Source: Candidatus Nomurabacteria bacterium
GTDB lineage: Bacteria > Patescibacteriota > Minisyncoccia > Phycocordibacterales > UBA5272
Direction of reading: 5' to 3'
Assembly (NCBI GenBank): GCA_028286645.1
Contig: JAQBRF010000003.1
Location: 12,323 to 76,322, forward strand
Length of the DNA: 64,000 bases
Shown: piece after piece, positions 9,395 to 19,295 of the stretch
Layout of the letters: each line of letters opens with the position of its first letter
Numbering within the stretch: the first letter of the stretch is position 1
Made by a program: the position numbers and the translations under genes
The notes under the pieces: generated by a model
Seen by the model: the letters and a program-made list of their open reading frames with translations, nothing else
Database searches by the model: none
What the model was told of the DNA's origin: nothing

Positions 9395-9438
9395 CCGCCT
9401 GGAAAAAGCCGTGCGCTCCCAGGCGGCTTTTTTATTTT
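9395..9438 (+). terminator. Rho-independent terminator
   Basis: The ccgcctgg/ccaggcgg 8-bp stem is followed by CTTTTTTATTTT. Confidence 0.65.
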
Positions 9439-9568
9439 ATCTAAATTTAACACTTAGTATCTATTGTCCATCTAAAAGCTACGGACTACACACTGCTCCC
9501 CCTATTTGACTATATATTTCTGATCTGTCAGGATTATAGTGATTGCACAACCGAAAGCGAGGATCATA

Positions 9569-10129
9569 ATGGCACGAATTTGGCACCCCTGGGAAATGGC
9601 ACCAATCAGCAAGGGAAGGCGTGATTGGATATGGGAACACACTAAGAAGATGTTTTCTGGTGCTCCTGAAGACTTCATCCACGAAGTGAGCGAAGAGGAT
9701 GCCGTCGATCAACTTTGCTTCCTGGAAGCTCGACTTCACGGAAAAGTTGGCGAGCAGATTTACATGCCTGAGCTCTGGATCAAAAGCGCGCGCCCGGAAA
9801 AAGAAATAGTGGCGCTTCATCTGGGAATCATTGGCACCCGTGACCGTCTCGAGTACAACACGTGCGAGCACCGGTTTTGTCTGCCGGTGCGCCTTGGTCT
9901 CGTTTCTCACAAACAACAGCACGAAAGGGTGAACGCCGAGTGGGAAATCGGTAACATTCCCCCTACATGGTTTAAGGAAGAATCGAGGGTTAACGGTCTT
10001 CCTGGAACCACAATCTGCGTCGGCAGAGAAGAAATAAAAAGATACCTCCTGAGGCAAGTAAAAAGAGAGGAGTACGAAATATACGCCTCTCTATCAAGAA
10101 GCCTTAGCGTAACCCCCGTTACTCTTTGA
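9569..10129 (+). CDS. Hypothetical protein (GC-elevated island)
   Basis: A GAGGA RBS precedes ATG 9569 (MARIWHPWEM...). A downstream + strand terminator supports this strand over the overlapping minus ORF. Confidence 0.45.
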   Translation: MARIWHPWEMAPISKGRRDWIWEHTKKMFSGAPEDFIHEVSEEDAVDQLCFLEARLHGKVGEQIYMPELWIKSARPEKEIVALHLGIIGTRDRLEYNTCEHRFCLPVRLGLVSHKQQHERVNAEWEIGNIPPTWFKEESRVNGLPGTTICVGREEIKRYLLRQVKREEYEIYASLSRSLSVTPVTL

Positions 10130-10134
10130 AAGAG

Positions 10135-10165
10135 CCCCGCGTCTCAGCCGCGGGGATTTATTTTT
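10135..10165 (+). terminator. Rho-independent terminator
   Basis: The ccccgcg/cgcgggg stem has a 7-nt loop and is followed by ATTTATTTTT. Confidence 0.65.
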
Positions 10166-10236
10166 GCAAGCCCATTATTTACAGGCTACAAGCTAATTGC
10201 TAAAAGCGATTCATTATGTTAGAATTTCCCCTACAT

Positions 10237-10482
10237 ATGTCAAACGTAAATGTAGAAGTAAAGAAGAACGCAAACGAGAACGCACTTTCTCTTGTACGAC
10301 GCTTCCAGAAGCGAGTTCAGGAGTCAGGCGTTCTGCCTCGCGTCCGATCTATCCGATATAGCGATAGACCCCTTTCAGTATTAAAAACTAAAAGAGCCAG
10401 ATTAAAGAAATTAAATAATTTAAAGAAATACGAATTAGCTAAGAGAATGGGCAAAGTAATTGAAAGAAAGAAAAGAAGATAG
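10237..10482 (+). CDS. rpsU: 30S ribosomal protein S21
   Basis: ALSLVRRFQKRVQESGVLPRVRSIRYSDRPLSVLKTKRARLKK matches the S21 core, with a basic C-terminal tail. Confidence 0.7.
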   Translation: MSNVNVEVKKNANENALSLVRRFQKRVQESGVLPRVRSIRYSDRPLSVLKTKRARLKKLNNLKKYELAKRMGKVIERKKRR

Positions 10483-10485
10483 CAA

Positions 10486-10884
10486 ATGGCAATCGTTGAG
10501 CATAAAAACTTAACCCTCGTCCGCAAAAATGGCCCAATTCCTGTTGTGCCATTTTTACGTATTAAGGAAGATATTTTAGGAAAAGATTACGATGTCACCA
10601 TCGTTTTCTGTAGCCCCAAGGAGTCTCAAGAAAAAAATAAAAAATTCCGTAATAAAGATTATCCGACAAACATTCTTTCTTTTCCATTAGACAAAAAAGA
10701 GGGAGAAATTTATATATCTTTATCAAAAGTGAGAAGCGATGCGAAGAACTTTGAGATGAGTTACCGCAAGTTCTTGCATTTAATTGTTATTCACGGAATC
10801 TTGCATTTGAAAGGACACGCTCACGGTAGTACAATGGAAAGGTTAGAGTCAACTTTCCTTAAAAAATATTTCCGTGGCACGTAA
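10486..10884 (+). CDS. ybeY: rRNA maturation endoribonuclease YbeY
   Basis: HGILHLKGHAH contains the H..H.....H zinc motif, and the protein is ~130 aa. Confidence 0.85.
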   Translation: MAIVEHKNLTLVRKNGPIPVVPFLRIKEDILGKDYDVTIVFCSPKESQEKNKKFRNKDYPTNILSFPLDKKEGEIYISLSKVRSDAKNFEMSYRKFLHLIVIHGILHLKGHAHGSTMERLESTFLKKYFRGT

Positions 10885-12043
10885 AAATAGAGACATGATA
10901 GTTGGAATAGATATCGGATCCGGAAGCCTCCGAGCTTTAGGCTGTATTCATCTCGAAAATGCCAGATTCCCCGTCGTACTCTCTACATACAAAAAAGCAA
11001 TTGATGGAATTGATAGAGGGAACATCACGGATCCGGAAGAAGTCTCAAATGCGATTATTGATGCCATTAACTATCTCGAAGATGAATCCGGCCATGACAC
11101 CATCCACACGCTAGTTTCACTCGGCGCCTTCGGACTCACCTCTCATCACGCAAATGGACATGCGCAGGTTTCCCGGGGAGATGCTTCTCTTACGGAATTA
11201 GACATAGATAATGCGATTAAAGACGCTAATCGCGGAGTGCCGGACATACGAAATAAGGCAGTGGTTCACGCCATCCCGATGAAATATAAGCTCGACGGAA
11301 ACGAAATACAAGGAAACATCATTGGAGTTCGCGGAAATAAACTAGAAGTAAAAACGCTTTTCGTCACATATCCTAAACAGCTGATGGATGTACTTAAAAA
11401 ATCTTTTGATAAAGCAGGAGTCCGAGTTACAGACATAATAGCTGGGCCGATTTCCGAAAGCATTCCCCTTTTAAATAAAAAACAAAAAGTCGCGGGCGTT
11501 GCCCTCATTAATATTGGCGCCGGAGTTACATCTATTTTAGTGTATGAAAAAAACGTGCCCATTCTTGTTTCCACACTTGCCGTAGGCGGTGATGACATAA
11601 CAAAAGATATCGCACTAGGACTTAAAGTTACACTTGAGGAAGCAGAAGAAATAAAAATAGGAAAAACCAAACTTTCATATTCAAAAAGAAGAGTTGAAGA
11701 AATTATTGAGGCACGCTTAGAAGACTTATGTGAAAAAATTAATAAAGAATTAGCTCGCATCCAAAGACAAGAACTTCTGCCTGCTGGAATCGTGGTATGT
11801 GGATCATCATCACAAGTAGCGCGTCTTGAATTCGTATTTAGAAATGAACTTAAATTGCCAATAAAGATTACATCGTCAGAACTTACCAGATTAACTAATG
11901 ATGCACTTCGAGATACTGGATGGGCAAGAGGTTATGGTCTTACATTTTTAGCGCCAGATGACAGTGAAAAGACAGTATTTAAGGAAGTTTTGACATCTTT
12001 CTTTGCTCGTGTCAAAGCCTTTATAGGCCAGTTTTTGCCTTAA
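10874..12043 (+). CDS. ftsA: Cell division protein FtsA
   Basis: Actin-fold blocks IVGIDIGSGSLRAL and GGDDITKDIALGL. The start may instead be the internal Met at 10895. Confidence 0.85.
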   Translation: MARKNRDMIVGIDIGSGSLRALGCIHLENARFPVVLSTYKKAIDGIDRGNITDPEEVSNAIIDAINYLEDESGHDTIHTLVSLGAFGLTSHHANGHAQVSRGDASLTELDIDNAIKDANRGVPDIRNKAVVHAIPMKYKLDGNEIQGNIIGVRGNKLEVKTLFVTYPKQLMDVLKKSFDKAGVRVTDIIAGPISESIPLLNKKQKVAGVALINIGAGVTSILVYEKNVPILVSTLAVGGDDITKDIALGLKVTLEEAEEIKIGKTKLSYSKRRVEEIIEARLEDLCEKINKELARIQRQELLPAGIVVCGSSSQVARLEFVFRNELKLPIKITSSELTRLTNDALRDTGWARGYGLTFLAPDDSEKTVFKEVLTSFFARVKAFIGQFLP

Positions 12044-12149
12044 TTTATAAGGATTTTTCAGGAAAATCCACTCAAAAAAATATCTTTGCAAAACCAGCTT
12101 CCAATTGATATAGTTACTGTATATCAGTAATTACATTAATTAATTAGAA

Positions 12150-13442
12150 ATGGCAAAAGTAAATCCAGAAATTGAAAGCTTCGCTCGCATTAAAGTCATC
12201 GGTATCGGAGGCTCAGGTAAAGGCGCGCTCAATCATATGATAAATTCCAAACTCCAGGGAGTTGAATTTATCGCGATGAATACAGACACACAAGATCTTC
12301 ATCATTCACTTGCAGAAAAGAAAATCCATATCGGAAAAAACTTAACCAAAGGACTTGGTAGCGGAATGGATCCAGAAGTTGGAAAAAGATCTGCAGAAGA
12401 GACTCGTGAAGAAGTGCAAGATGTGATCAAAGGAGCTGACATGGTATTCGTAGCGTGCGGAATGGGAGGTGGAACTGGAACTGGAGCCGCCCCAGTTGTC
12501 GCCTCCATTTCTAAAAATGAAGGAATTCTTACAGTTGGTGTAGTTACTAAACCTTTTTTCTTTGAAGGCGCTGCCAGAATGAGACTTGCAGAACGAGGAT
12601 TGGAAGAACTGGAAAAAGAAGTTGACGCCCTCATCGTTATTCCAAACGACAGACTGCTTTCTGTAATAGATAAAAACACTTCGGTTAAACAAGCGTTTGA
12701 AATGTGCGATGAAGTTTTAAAGCAAGCTGTCGAAGGAATCGCAGACATCATAAGAACTGCGGGAACCATTAACCTAGACTTCGCTGACATCAAAAAGATT
12801 TTAAAGGATTCTGGAACTGCTCTTATGGGAGTAGGACATGGAGCTGGTGAAAACCGAGCGAGTGAAGCAGCCCAATCTGCCATTAACTCTCCCCTACTTG
12901 ATGTTTCTATCCACGGAGCCAAAGGAGTTCTCTTTGCTATTTATGGGGGTGAAGATCTAGGAATGCTAGAAGTACAAGAAGCGGCAAAAATCATCACTGA
13001 ATCAGTAGACAAGGATGCGCAAATTATCTTCGGTATCGTACAAGACAGCAGCCTAAAGAAAGATGAAGTAAAAGTAACTGTTATAGCAACAGGATTTCCC
13101 ACAGGATTCTCAACACGTCCTCATGGACAAGTAACGTCTTCTATTCCAACATCTCCAAGCATTACTCAAGCCAAGCGAGAAATAGGACAGATGCAGCCAG
13201 AAGACAGAGTAGATAGGAGAGAAACTGTACGTGAAGCAATTAAAGAAGCCCCAGCGGACGCTGTTGAAGAAAGAGGAAGAATAGATAATGATATGAAATC
13301 TTCTGAAGAAACACCAGCCGTAGGAGACGATGGGAAGAAACCAAAAGTTGCTGGAAAGAAAACAATATTTAAATTTGATGATGACGATGAGGAAGAAGAT
13401 GACTGGGAAGCGTTACCACCGTTTTTAAGAAGAAGGAAATAA
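12150..13442 (+). CDS. ftsZ: Cell division protein FtsZ
   Basis: Tubulin signature GGGTGTGAAPVVA, followed by a long acidic/basic C-terminal tail. Confidence 0.95.
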   Translation: MAKVNPEIESFARIKVIGIGGSGKGALNHMINSKLQGVEFIAMNTDTQDLHHSLAEKKIHIGKNLTKGLGSGMDPEVGKRSAEETREEVQDVIKGADMVFVACGMGGGTGTGAAPVVASISKNEGILTVGVVTKPFFFEGAARMRLAERGLEELEKEVDALIVIPNDRLLSVIDKNTSVKQAFEMCDEVLKQAVEGIADIIRTAGTINLDFADIKKILKDSGTALMGVGHGAGENRASEAAQSAINSPLLDVSIHGAKGVLFAIYGGEDLGMLEVQEAAKIITESVDKDAQIIFGIVQDSSLKKDEVKVTVIATGFPTGFSTRPHGQVTSSIPTSPSITQAKREIGQMQPEDRVDRRETVREAIKEAPADAVEERGRIDNDMKSSEETPAVGDDGKKPKVAGKKTIFKFDDDDEEEDDWEALPPFLRRRK

Positions 13443-13462
13443 TATAAACCTTAGAATAAAAC

Positions 13463-13491
13463 TCTGTTCAAAAACAGGGTTTTATTTTTAT
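13463..13491 (+). terminator. Rho-independent terminator after ftsZ
   Basis: The cucuguu/aacaggg stem includes a G-U pair and is followed by TTTTATTTTTA. Confidence 0.55.
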
Positions 13492-13714
13492 CCAGGCCGA
13501 GTTTCCATATTTGAAATACTTTCAATTATCGATTTATTAAAATAAAAAACCACTTTCCCCCGCGTCCAAATGTTTAAACATTCAGATATTCCCAAGCTTG
13601 AAATTTCAACCTTGGCTTCTAGTTATTACTAGAATTTCGCGTTTCGGATAGTGGTGATCTTCCTTAGTTTCTAGACTAAGAGATTCGTTTTCAGTACTTT
13701 AAAACAACAGCAGG

Positions 13715-14128
13715 TTACTTTACATACGCTCTTGAAACCATGACATACTGGTCATCATTCGAATACACCATGATGCGAAGAGATGCCGGGATCAAAAGCG
13801 AAAGAGACCAAAACCTCCATCTCCAGTACGCTCCTTCAGATATCTGCTTCAGCCGAACATGGGCTGTTGAGCCCACCCATTTCGCCACCTTCATGTCTAT
13901 GGTGGAATTAAGCGGAGTATCCCGAAGCACTGAAGAGAGAGGGAACCACTCCCCAGCAACGGGAGCCTGAATTTCTTTCCACTGAATTTCTCCGCTAATG
14001 GTGGTGGTATCTGCGAGATGCAGTTTTCCTCCTTCATTCTTGAAAAGCAGATGAAACGGGTAGAAACCATTCTGGTCTCCGGGTACAGCTTGTTTCTTAG
14101 GTACGGACACAAACGGCCAAGTAAGCAT
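13715..14128 (-). CDS. Hypothetical protein (GC-elevated)
   Basis: An AAAGGAG RBS lies 5 nt upstream of the ATG. GC is ~48% against an AT-rich background. No family recognised. Confidence 0.45.
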   Translation of the reverse strand: MLTWPFVSVPKKQAVPGDQNGFYPFHLLFKNEGGKLHLADTTTISGEIQWKEIQAPVAGEWFPLSSVLRDTPLNSTIDMKVAKWVGSTAHVRLKQISEGAYWRWRFWSLSLLIPASLRIMVYSNDDQYVMVSRAYVK

Positions 14129-14207
14129 TTCTGCTCCTTTAATAACTCCTCACGCCGGATGCGCTCGGTAGCATACATAAACCTACCATTTTCGTATGAA
14201 TTGTCAA

Positions 14208-14717
14208 CTATACCATTCCATCTCTCTTAATTGTTTCGACAAGAAGTTCTCTACTTAGTCTTACAATAAACCCTGACTTCATATATACATCATGAGTTGT
14301 GTGGTGGGGACGTATAATTTCTTTTACTTCATTTCCCTTTTCTTTAAGAAAACTTACAAGTTCTTCATAGGTTAAAGTGACGGGTACAATTTCTATATGA
14401 TCGATCCTGTCGCCCTGAGAATTATCTTTCTTTTGATCTGAAAGTTCTAAATATTTAATTTCTCCCACCGCTGTATAAAGACTTTTTGATAATCCTATAA
14501 ATGCGATTCTTCTTCCAGGTATTAAAGACTGATACATAAACCTACTATCAAATTCAAAGTGTTTGCGAGTATTTTCGTAAATCTCAGAGGTCGAACATTT
14601 TACACAAACGTGGTCGGCTTTTACTTTGTTTATAAGACCATTAACATTGCAAAAGATATCAAATTCTTTTATAAAAGGATCAGATTTTACATATAAATCC
14701 TCTATTTTTTGTATCAT
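14208..14717 (-). CDS. YecM-like VOC-fold metalloprotein (putative)
   Basis: ADHVCVKC...IPGRRIAFIGL...DRIDHIEIVPV is colinear with the E. coli YecM blocks ADHISLRC / INGRPICLFKL / WEHIEIVLP. Confidence 0.45.
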   Translation of the reverse strand: MIQKIEDLYVKSDPFIKEFDIFCNVNGLINKVKADHVCVKCSTSEIYENTRKHFEFDSRFMYQSLIPGRRIAFIGLSKSLYTAVGEIKYLELSDQKKDNSQGDRIDHIEIVPVTLTYEELVSFLKEKGNEVKEIIRPHHTTHDVYMKSGFIVRLSRELLVETIKRDGMV

Positions 14718-14748
14718 CGTTTAAGTATATCAATTACATTATCTATAA

Positions 14749-14773
14749 TCTAAAATCTAATGTCTAAGATCTA
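14749..14773. repeat. Copy of the dispersed ~25-nt intergenic repeat (tctaaaatcta-atg-tctaaRatcta)
   Basis: Near-identical to the sequences at 37797-37833, 38191-38225 and 59039-59062. Confidence 0.6.
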
Positions 14774-14796
14774 GTTTAGTGGTATAATTTAAATCT

Positions 14797-15759
14797 ATGT
14801 CAGAATCTAACTCTTCCTCTACACCCTACACGCTAACCGCGGATCTTTATGATTTAATAATCATAGGAGGCGGTCCAGCAGGATCTGCCGCTGCAGTGTA
14901 TGCGGCGAGAAAACAGCTTAAGACGCTTTTAATAGTAAAAGAATGGGGAGGACAGTCGATCGTATCAGACGATGTCCAAAACTGGATAGGAACTACTCAT
15001 ATATCTGGGGCTAAGCTTGCAGATAGTTTAAAGACTCATGTAATGGAATATAAAGGAGAAATTTTAACTATTAATGAAGGAAAGAATATAACCAATATTT
15101 CGGGGTCTGATGGAAACTTTAAAGTAACACTGGAAGACTACAAGACTTTTAATGGAAAGACCGTTCTTATTTCTACGGGATCTGCTCGCAGAAAGTTAGA
15201 TATTCCTGGAGCAGATATATATGAAAATAAAGGCATTACTTATTGTGCATCGTGTGATGGCCCCCTATTTTCCGGAATGGATGTTGTAGTTATCGGAGGA
15301 GGAAATGCCGGATTTGAATCCGCCGCGCAGTTACTTGCATATTCAAAGTCAGTAACATTGCTTTCAAGAAGCGAGCCGAGGGCGGATGCCATCACGATTG
15401 AAAAATTAAAATCAAAGCCTAATTTTAATCTGGTGGTAGGTGCAGTACCTAAAGAAATAAAAGGGAGTGCATTCGTTGAGTCGATTATTTATACAGATAA
15501 TAATGGAAAAGATGTAGCTCTCGCAGTAGGAGGAGTATTCGTAGAGATCGGCCAAATCCCTGCCACAGGATTCGCCGACGGACTACTTGAATTAACCCCA
15601 TCTAAAAATATAAAAACTGACCCCAGGACGCAGGAAACTTCTGTCAAAGGAATTTGGGCAGCAGGAGATTGTACCGACGTGCTATATCACCAGAATAATA
15701 TCGCGGCTGGGGACGCTGTGCGTGCCCTAGAAGATATCTACTTACATCTCCACGCCTAG
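14797..15759 (+). CDS. trxB: Thioredoxin-disulfide reductase
   Basis: FAD GGGPAGSAAAVYAAR, redox CASCDG, NADPH GGGNAGFESA, and a C-terminal AAGDCTD. An extended -10 TGGTATAAT lies at 14780-14788. Confidence 0.85.
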   Translation: MSESNSSSTPYTLTADLYDLIIIGGGPAGSAAAVYAARKQLKTLLIVKEWGGQSIVSDDVQNWIGTTHISGAKLADSLKTHVMEYKGEILTINEGKNITNISGSDGNFKVTLEDYKTFNGKTVLISTGSARRKLDIPGADIYENKGITYCASCDGPLFSGMDVVVIGGGNAGFESAAQLLAYSKSVTLLSRSEPRADAITIEKLKSKPNFNLVVGAVPKEIKGSAFVESIIYTDNNGKDVALAVGGVFVEIGQIPATGFADGLLELTPSKNIKTDPRTQETSVKGIWAAGDCTDVLYHQNNIAAGDAVRALEDIYLHLHA

Positions 15760-15783
15760 TATATAAATTTTAGAATAACAAAA

Positions 15784-15810
15784 GGGCGAGCACTATGTGC
15801 TCGCCCTTTT
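15784..15810. terminator. Bidirectional rho-independent terminator
   Basis: The gggcgagcac/gtgctcgccc 10-bp stem is flanked by A-runs and T-runs. Confidence 0.7.
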
Positions 15811-15889
15811 GATCTGTATATATTATATCATACCCCTTCTTTATAAAACAAGACTTACTTAAAAAATCAAGGTCTGTTATCATTAACGG

Positions 15890-17632
15890 ATGCGAAATCA
15901 TTTAAAGTCTATTCATAATTTATGGATACTCCTTGGTCCATTTCATAAACGATTTTATTTCCAATTATTTTTAATTTTTATATCTCAGATAATAGTGGTG
16001 GTATATGCAAAGTTAAATGCAGAAATGTTGAATTCTTTAGTCGGGAAAAATATTTCTGCTTTTGCCATATTAGCCAGTATCTGGCTAATAACAATTATTA
16101 TAGATAATGGCATAAACTATATTTCAAAATTAAATTCCATTAAACAACTAGAACAAAAGATATATCAGCATCTAGAAGAAATATCCCTAAAAAAACTTTT
16201 TACTTTAAATATTTCCCAGTACATAGAAGAGCACTCATCTTTGAAGCAAACAGCTCTTGCAAATGGTGAGGTTGCTGTACAAAACATAATTAATATAATT
16301 ATTACTTCTATCATTCCCACTGTTTCTCTTGTGATTATTTCCATAATAACGTTGGCCTTTTATAGCAATCTAATAGCCGTAATAAGCCTATTTATTATAG
16401 TAATAATCTTTACGTGGGCATACTTCTTTAATAAAAAACAATACCCATTAATCATAAAGAATCGGGATAACTGGAACGATCAAAGAAAAATAAGAACGGA
16501 ATCATTTACCCATTTATCTCTAATAAAAACATTAAACAGAGGAGACTATTTTATAAAAAATTATCTGGATAAAAGAATGCAAATCATTGGGCATCATGTG
16601 TTTACAAGGTCACGCGCTGCTAGGCACTCAATCACGAGAGATGGGATTACTGAATTATTTTCTCTAATTACTCTTACTATAGCTGCTTTATTATTTTTAA
16701 AGGGAACGTATAGTATTGGAATAATTTATTTGATATGGAATTTAACTTCTAGAGTTTATTGGCAAATATCCTCTTTGTCAAACAACATAAGAGACATCCC
16801 TGTATATTATGCAGACTCAGAAAAGTTCATGGACATAATGGATAAAGAGAAAAGCTTCGATGAGTCCGGAAAGAAAAATTTATCAATTAACGGAGACATA
16901 ATATTCAACGAAGTTAAATTTAAATATCCTAAGCATTCTGACTACTTATTTAATGATCTTTCTTTCGAGATTCCTGGAGGAAAAGTTACGGCATTCGTAG
17001 GTTCCTCTGGCTCAGGAAAGACAACTATCACCAAAATACTTTTAAGAAGTTATGATTACCAAGACGGAAACATTCAAATTAACCACCATGAGTTAAAAAA
17101 TATCGATGCTGGGTATTTGCGCGAGCACATCGGATATGTTGAGCAGCATATAGACTTGCTAGATGACACTATTAAAGAAAATATTTTAATTTCTGTCCCT
17201 GAGAAAAAAAGAAAAGAGGCTGAAAAAAGATTAGAAGATGTAGCAAAGCTTGCTCGCATTGATCAATTCTATGACCGATTAGGAGAAACTAAATTCGACA
17301 CCTTAGTTGGCGAACGAGGGATAAAGCTTTCTGGTGGAGAACGCCAAAGAATCGGAATTGCGCGAGCCATTATAAAGAACCCAGAGATTCTCATCTTCGA
17401 TGAATCGACTTCATCTCTCGATACTGAAAACGAATCCAAAGTTATGGAAGCTATAAACGATGTATCCGTCGGCAAAACGACAATTATCATTGCTCACAGG
17501 CTTTCAACCGTTAAAAATGCAGATAAAATTATTGTTATGGATAAAGGTAAAGTAGTCGGAGCTGGAACACATGAGGAGTTAATGCAATCCTCCCTTATTT
17601 ACCAGACTCTTGTAGCCCACCAACTTTCATAA
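15890..17632 (+). CDS. ABC exporter, fused permease/ATPase (MsbA-like)
   Basis: Six N-terminal TM helices, Walker A GSSGSGKTT, signature LSGGERQRIGIARA and Walker B ILIFDESTSSLD. Confidence 0.85.
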   Translation: MRNHLKSIHNLWILLGPFHKRFYFQLFLIFISQIIVVVYAKLNAEMLNSLVGKNISAFAILASIWLITIIIDNGINYISKLNSIKQLEQKIYQHLEEISLKKLFTLNISQYIEEHSSLKQTALANGEVAVQNIINIIITSIIPTVSLVIISIITLAFYSNLIAVISLFIIVIIFTWAYFFNKKQYPLIIKNRDNWNDQRKIRTESFTHLSLIKTLNRGDYFIKNYLDKRMQIIGHHVFTRSRAARHSITRDGITELFSLITLTIAALLFLKGTYSIGIIYLIWNLTSRVYWQISSLSNNIRDIPVYYADSEKFMDIMDKEKSFDESGKKNLSINGDIIFNEVKFKYPKHSDYLFNDLSFEIPGGKVTAFVGSSGSGKTTITKILLRSYDYQDGNIQINHHELKNIDAGYLREHIGYVEQHIDLLDDTIKENILISVPEKKRKEAEKRLEDVAKLARIDQFYDRLGETKFDTLVGERGIKLSGGERQRIGIARAIIKNPEILIFDESTSSLDTENESKVMEAINDVSVGKTTIIIAHRLSTVKNADKIIVMDKGKVVGAGTHEELMQSSLIYQTLVAHQLS

Positions 17633-17763
17633 GACAGCGTGTAGGGTGTAGAGCATGGCGTATAGGACACAAACCTAGGCACAACTTGATACATAAAATT
17701 TATCAGTAACTATACGCTATACGCTACCCCCTATTAACCAGGGTTGAGGTATACTTACAAGCA

Positions 17764-19029
17764 ATGAAAAACGTACTGAAGCGAATTAAGAAAGCCTTTG
17801 GCCCTGGAGTGATAACTGGCATTGCAGATGATGATCCATCAGGAATAGCGACATACGCTCAAACTGGAGCAGTATTTGGCCTTACACAGTTATGGCTTGC
17901 CTTATATTGCATCCCCTTTATGATCTCGGTTCAGGAAATGTGCGGCCGCATAGGCATGGTTACAGGCAAAGGCATAACCACTCTTATAAAGTCCCATTAT
18001 TCTAAACCCGTACTTTTTCTTGCCATCACTCTTTTATCTATTGCTAACGTCGTAAACATTGGAGCGGACGTTGGAGCCATGTCTCAAGCTTTGGCTATTA
18101 TTTCCCCTCTTTCTTTTGGGGTTGGAATATTTATATTTACTATATTCACTATTTTTACTGCTATATATATTCCTTATAAAATTTATGTAAAGTGTTTAAA
18201 GTGGTTTGCTCTTTCGGTGCTTGCATATGTGTTTGTCGCATTTATGATTAATCATGATTGGGTTCTAATTTTTAAAGCATTAGTAATTCCTAATTTTCAT
18301 TGGGAAAAAGAATACCTGATAAATATAATGGCCATGCTTGGGACAACAATCTCCCCGTATTTATTCTTTTGGCAGGCAAATGAAGAGATTGAAGAAGAAA
18401 TTGAAACAAATAAGCTGGAGGAGTTCGGAAAAGGAACTCCGAAAGTTACTCGAAATGATTTAAAGCAGATGAGAACCGATACTGTTATCGGAATGGCTGC
18501 GTCGAATATCATTACATTCTTTATTATCATTACAAGCGCGAGCCTTATTTCTTCGACTCCCGGTCAAGTAATTACCGCAACAGATCTTATCCGGAGCTTG
18601 ACCCCTCTTGCGGGAGGATTTTCTGCATACCTTTTTGCTATTGCGATTATTGGAACTGGATTGTTGGCGCTTCCGGTTCTCGCGGGATCTGCAGCGTATG
18701 CTTGGGCAGAGGCGATTGACGAAAAAGTAGGACTAGGAAAAACTTTTAAGGAGGCTAAATGGTTTTATGTAATCCTTGCACTAGTCATGCTGATAGGGGC
18801 GCTTCTAAATGTCTTTGATGTAAATCCTGTAGCCATGCTTTACTATTCAGCCGCGATTAATGGAATTCTTGCAGCTCCGCTTCTTTTTATAATAATTCAT
18901 ATTGCGAACAATAAGCGTATCATGCGGGAAAACACTAATTCAAAACTTTCCAATATCTTAAATATTTTCATCGCAATTGTTATGGGACTAATAGCTCTGT
19001 TTACTATTGAATCTTTCTTTAGGCCTTAA
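17764..19029 (+). CDS. mntH: Nramp-family divalent metal (Mn2+/Fe2+) transporter
   Basis: GPGVITGIADDDPSGIATYAQTGA matches the Nramp N-terminal DPGN-type motif. The protein is a multi-TM 421-aa permease. Confidence 0.75.
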   Translation: MKNVLKRIKKAFGPGVITGIADDDPSGIATYAQTGAVFGLTQLWLALYCIPFMISVQEMCGRIGMVTGKGITTLIKSHYSKPVLFLAITLLSIANVVNIGADVGAMSQALAIISPLSFGVGIFIFTIFTIFTAIYIPYKIYVKCLKWFALSVLAYVFVAFMINHDWVLIFKALVIPNFHWEKEYLINIMAMLGTTISPYLFFWQANEEIEEEIETNKLEEFGKGTPKVTRNDLKQMRTDTVIGMAASNIITFFIIITSASLISSTPGQVITATDLIRSLTPLAGGFSAYLFAIAIIGTGLLALPVLAGSAAYAWAEAIDEKVGLGKTFKEAKWFYVILALVMLIGALLNVFDVNPVAMLYYSAAINGILAAPLLFIIIHIANNKRIMRENTNSKLSNILNIFIAIVMGLIALFTIESFFRP

Positions 19030-19148
19030 GAGCGGGTGGGAGGATTCTCCTACAAATCTTTTTTCGCCAGTCGCTCAAAAAGTTCGCAGGCCACTCCTCG
19101 GCATTTTGCCTGCTGACAAAATATGCCTCCGGCTTTCGAATCCTCCAT

Positions 19149-19172
19149 AAAAGCACGCAGGTGCTTTTTCAC
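19149..19172. terminator. Bidirectional terminator (Nramp gene / tRNA-Ser)
   Basis: The aagcac/gtgctt stem has a gcag loop, an A-run before and a T-run after. Confidence 0.5.
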
Positions 19173-19208
19173 CTCCGCAAATTAATCCCGAAAGGGATTT
19201 TAATTTTG

Positions 19209-19295
19209 CGGAGGTGGGAGGATTCGAACCTCCGATGAGATTACTCCCATGGCTGCTTTCGAGGCAGCTGCGTTCAACCTCTCTGCCACACCTCC
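19209..19295 (-). tRNA. tRNA-Ser (anticodon CGA), type II with a long variable arm
   Basis: The manual fold gives acceptor GGAGGUG/CACCUCC, anticodon stem GCUGC/GCAGC with loop CUCGAAA, a long variable arm and T-arm GGAGG-UUCGAAU-CCUCC. No encoded CCA. Confidence 0.8.

Noticed and set aside
9479-10057. 192-aa ORF on the minus strand overlapping the 9569-10129 plus-strand gene
   Set aside because: The plus-strand frame has a GAGGA RBS and is followed by a plus-strand rho-independent terminator. The minus frame lacks an RBS and would run into the upstream gene's terminator.
12044-12150. GGATTTTTC-agg-GAAAATCC hairpin after ftsA as a terminator
   Set aside because: The stem is followed by an A-run rather than a T-run on the plus strand. 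A TTGCAA-17-TGaTATAGT promoter-like element for ftsZ is plausible but weak, so neither was listed as a feature.
11266-12922. Minus-strand ORFs inside ftsA and ftsZ (11266-11760, 12302-12922, 12342-12692)
   Set aside because: They are antisense to unambiguous FtsA and FtsZ coding sequence.
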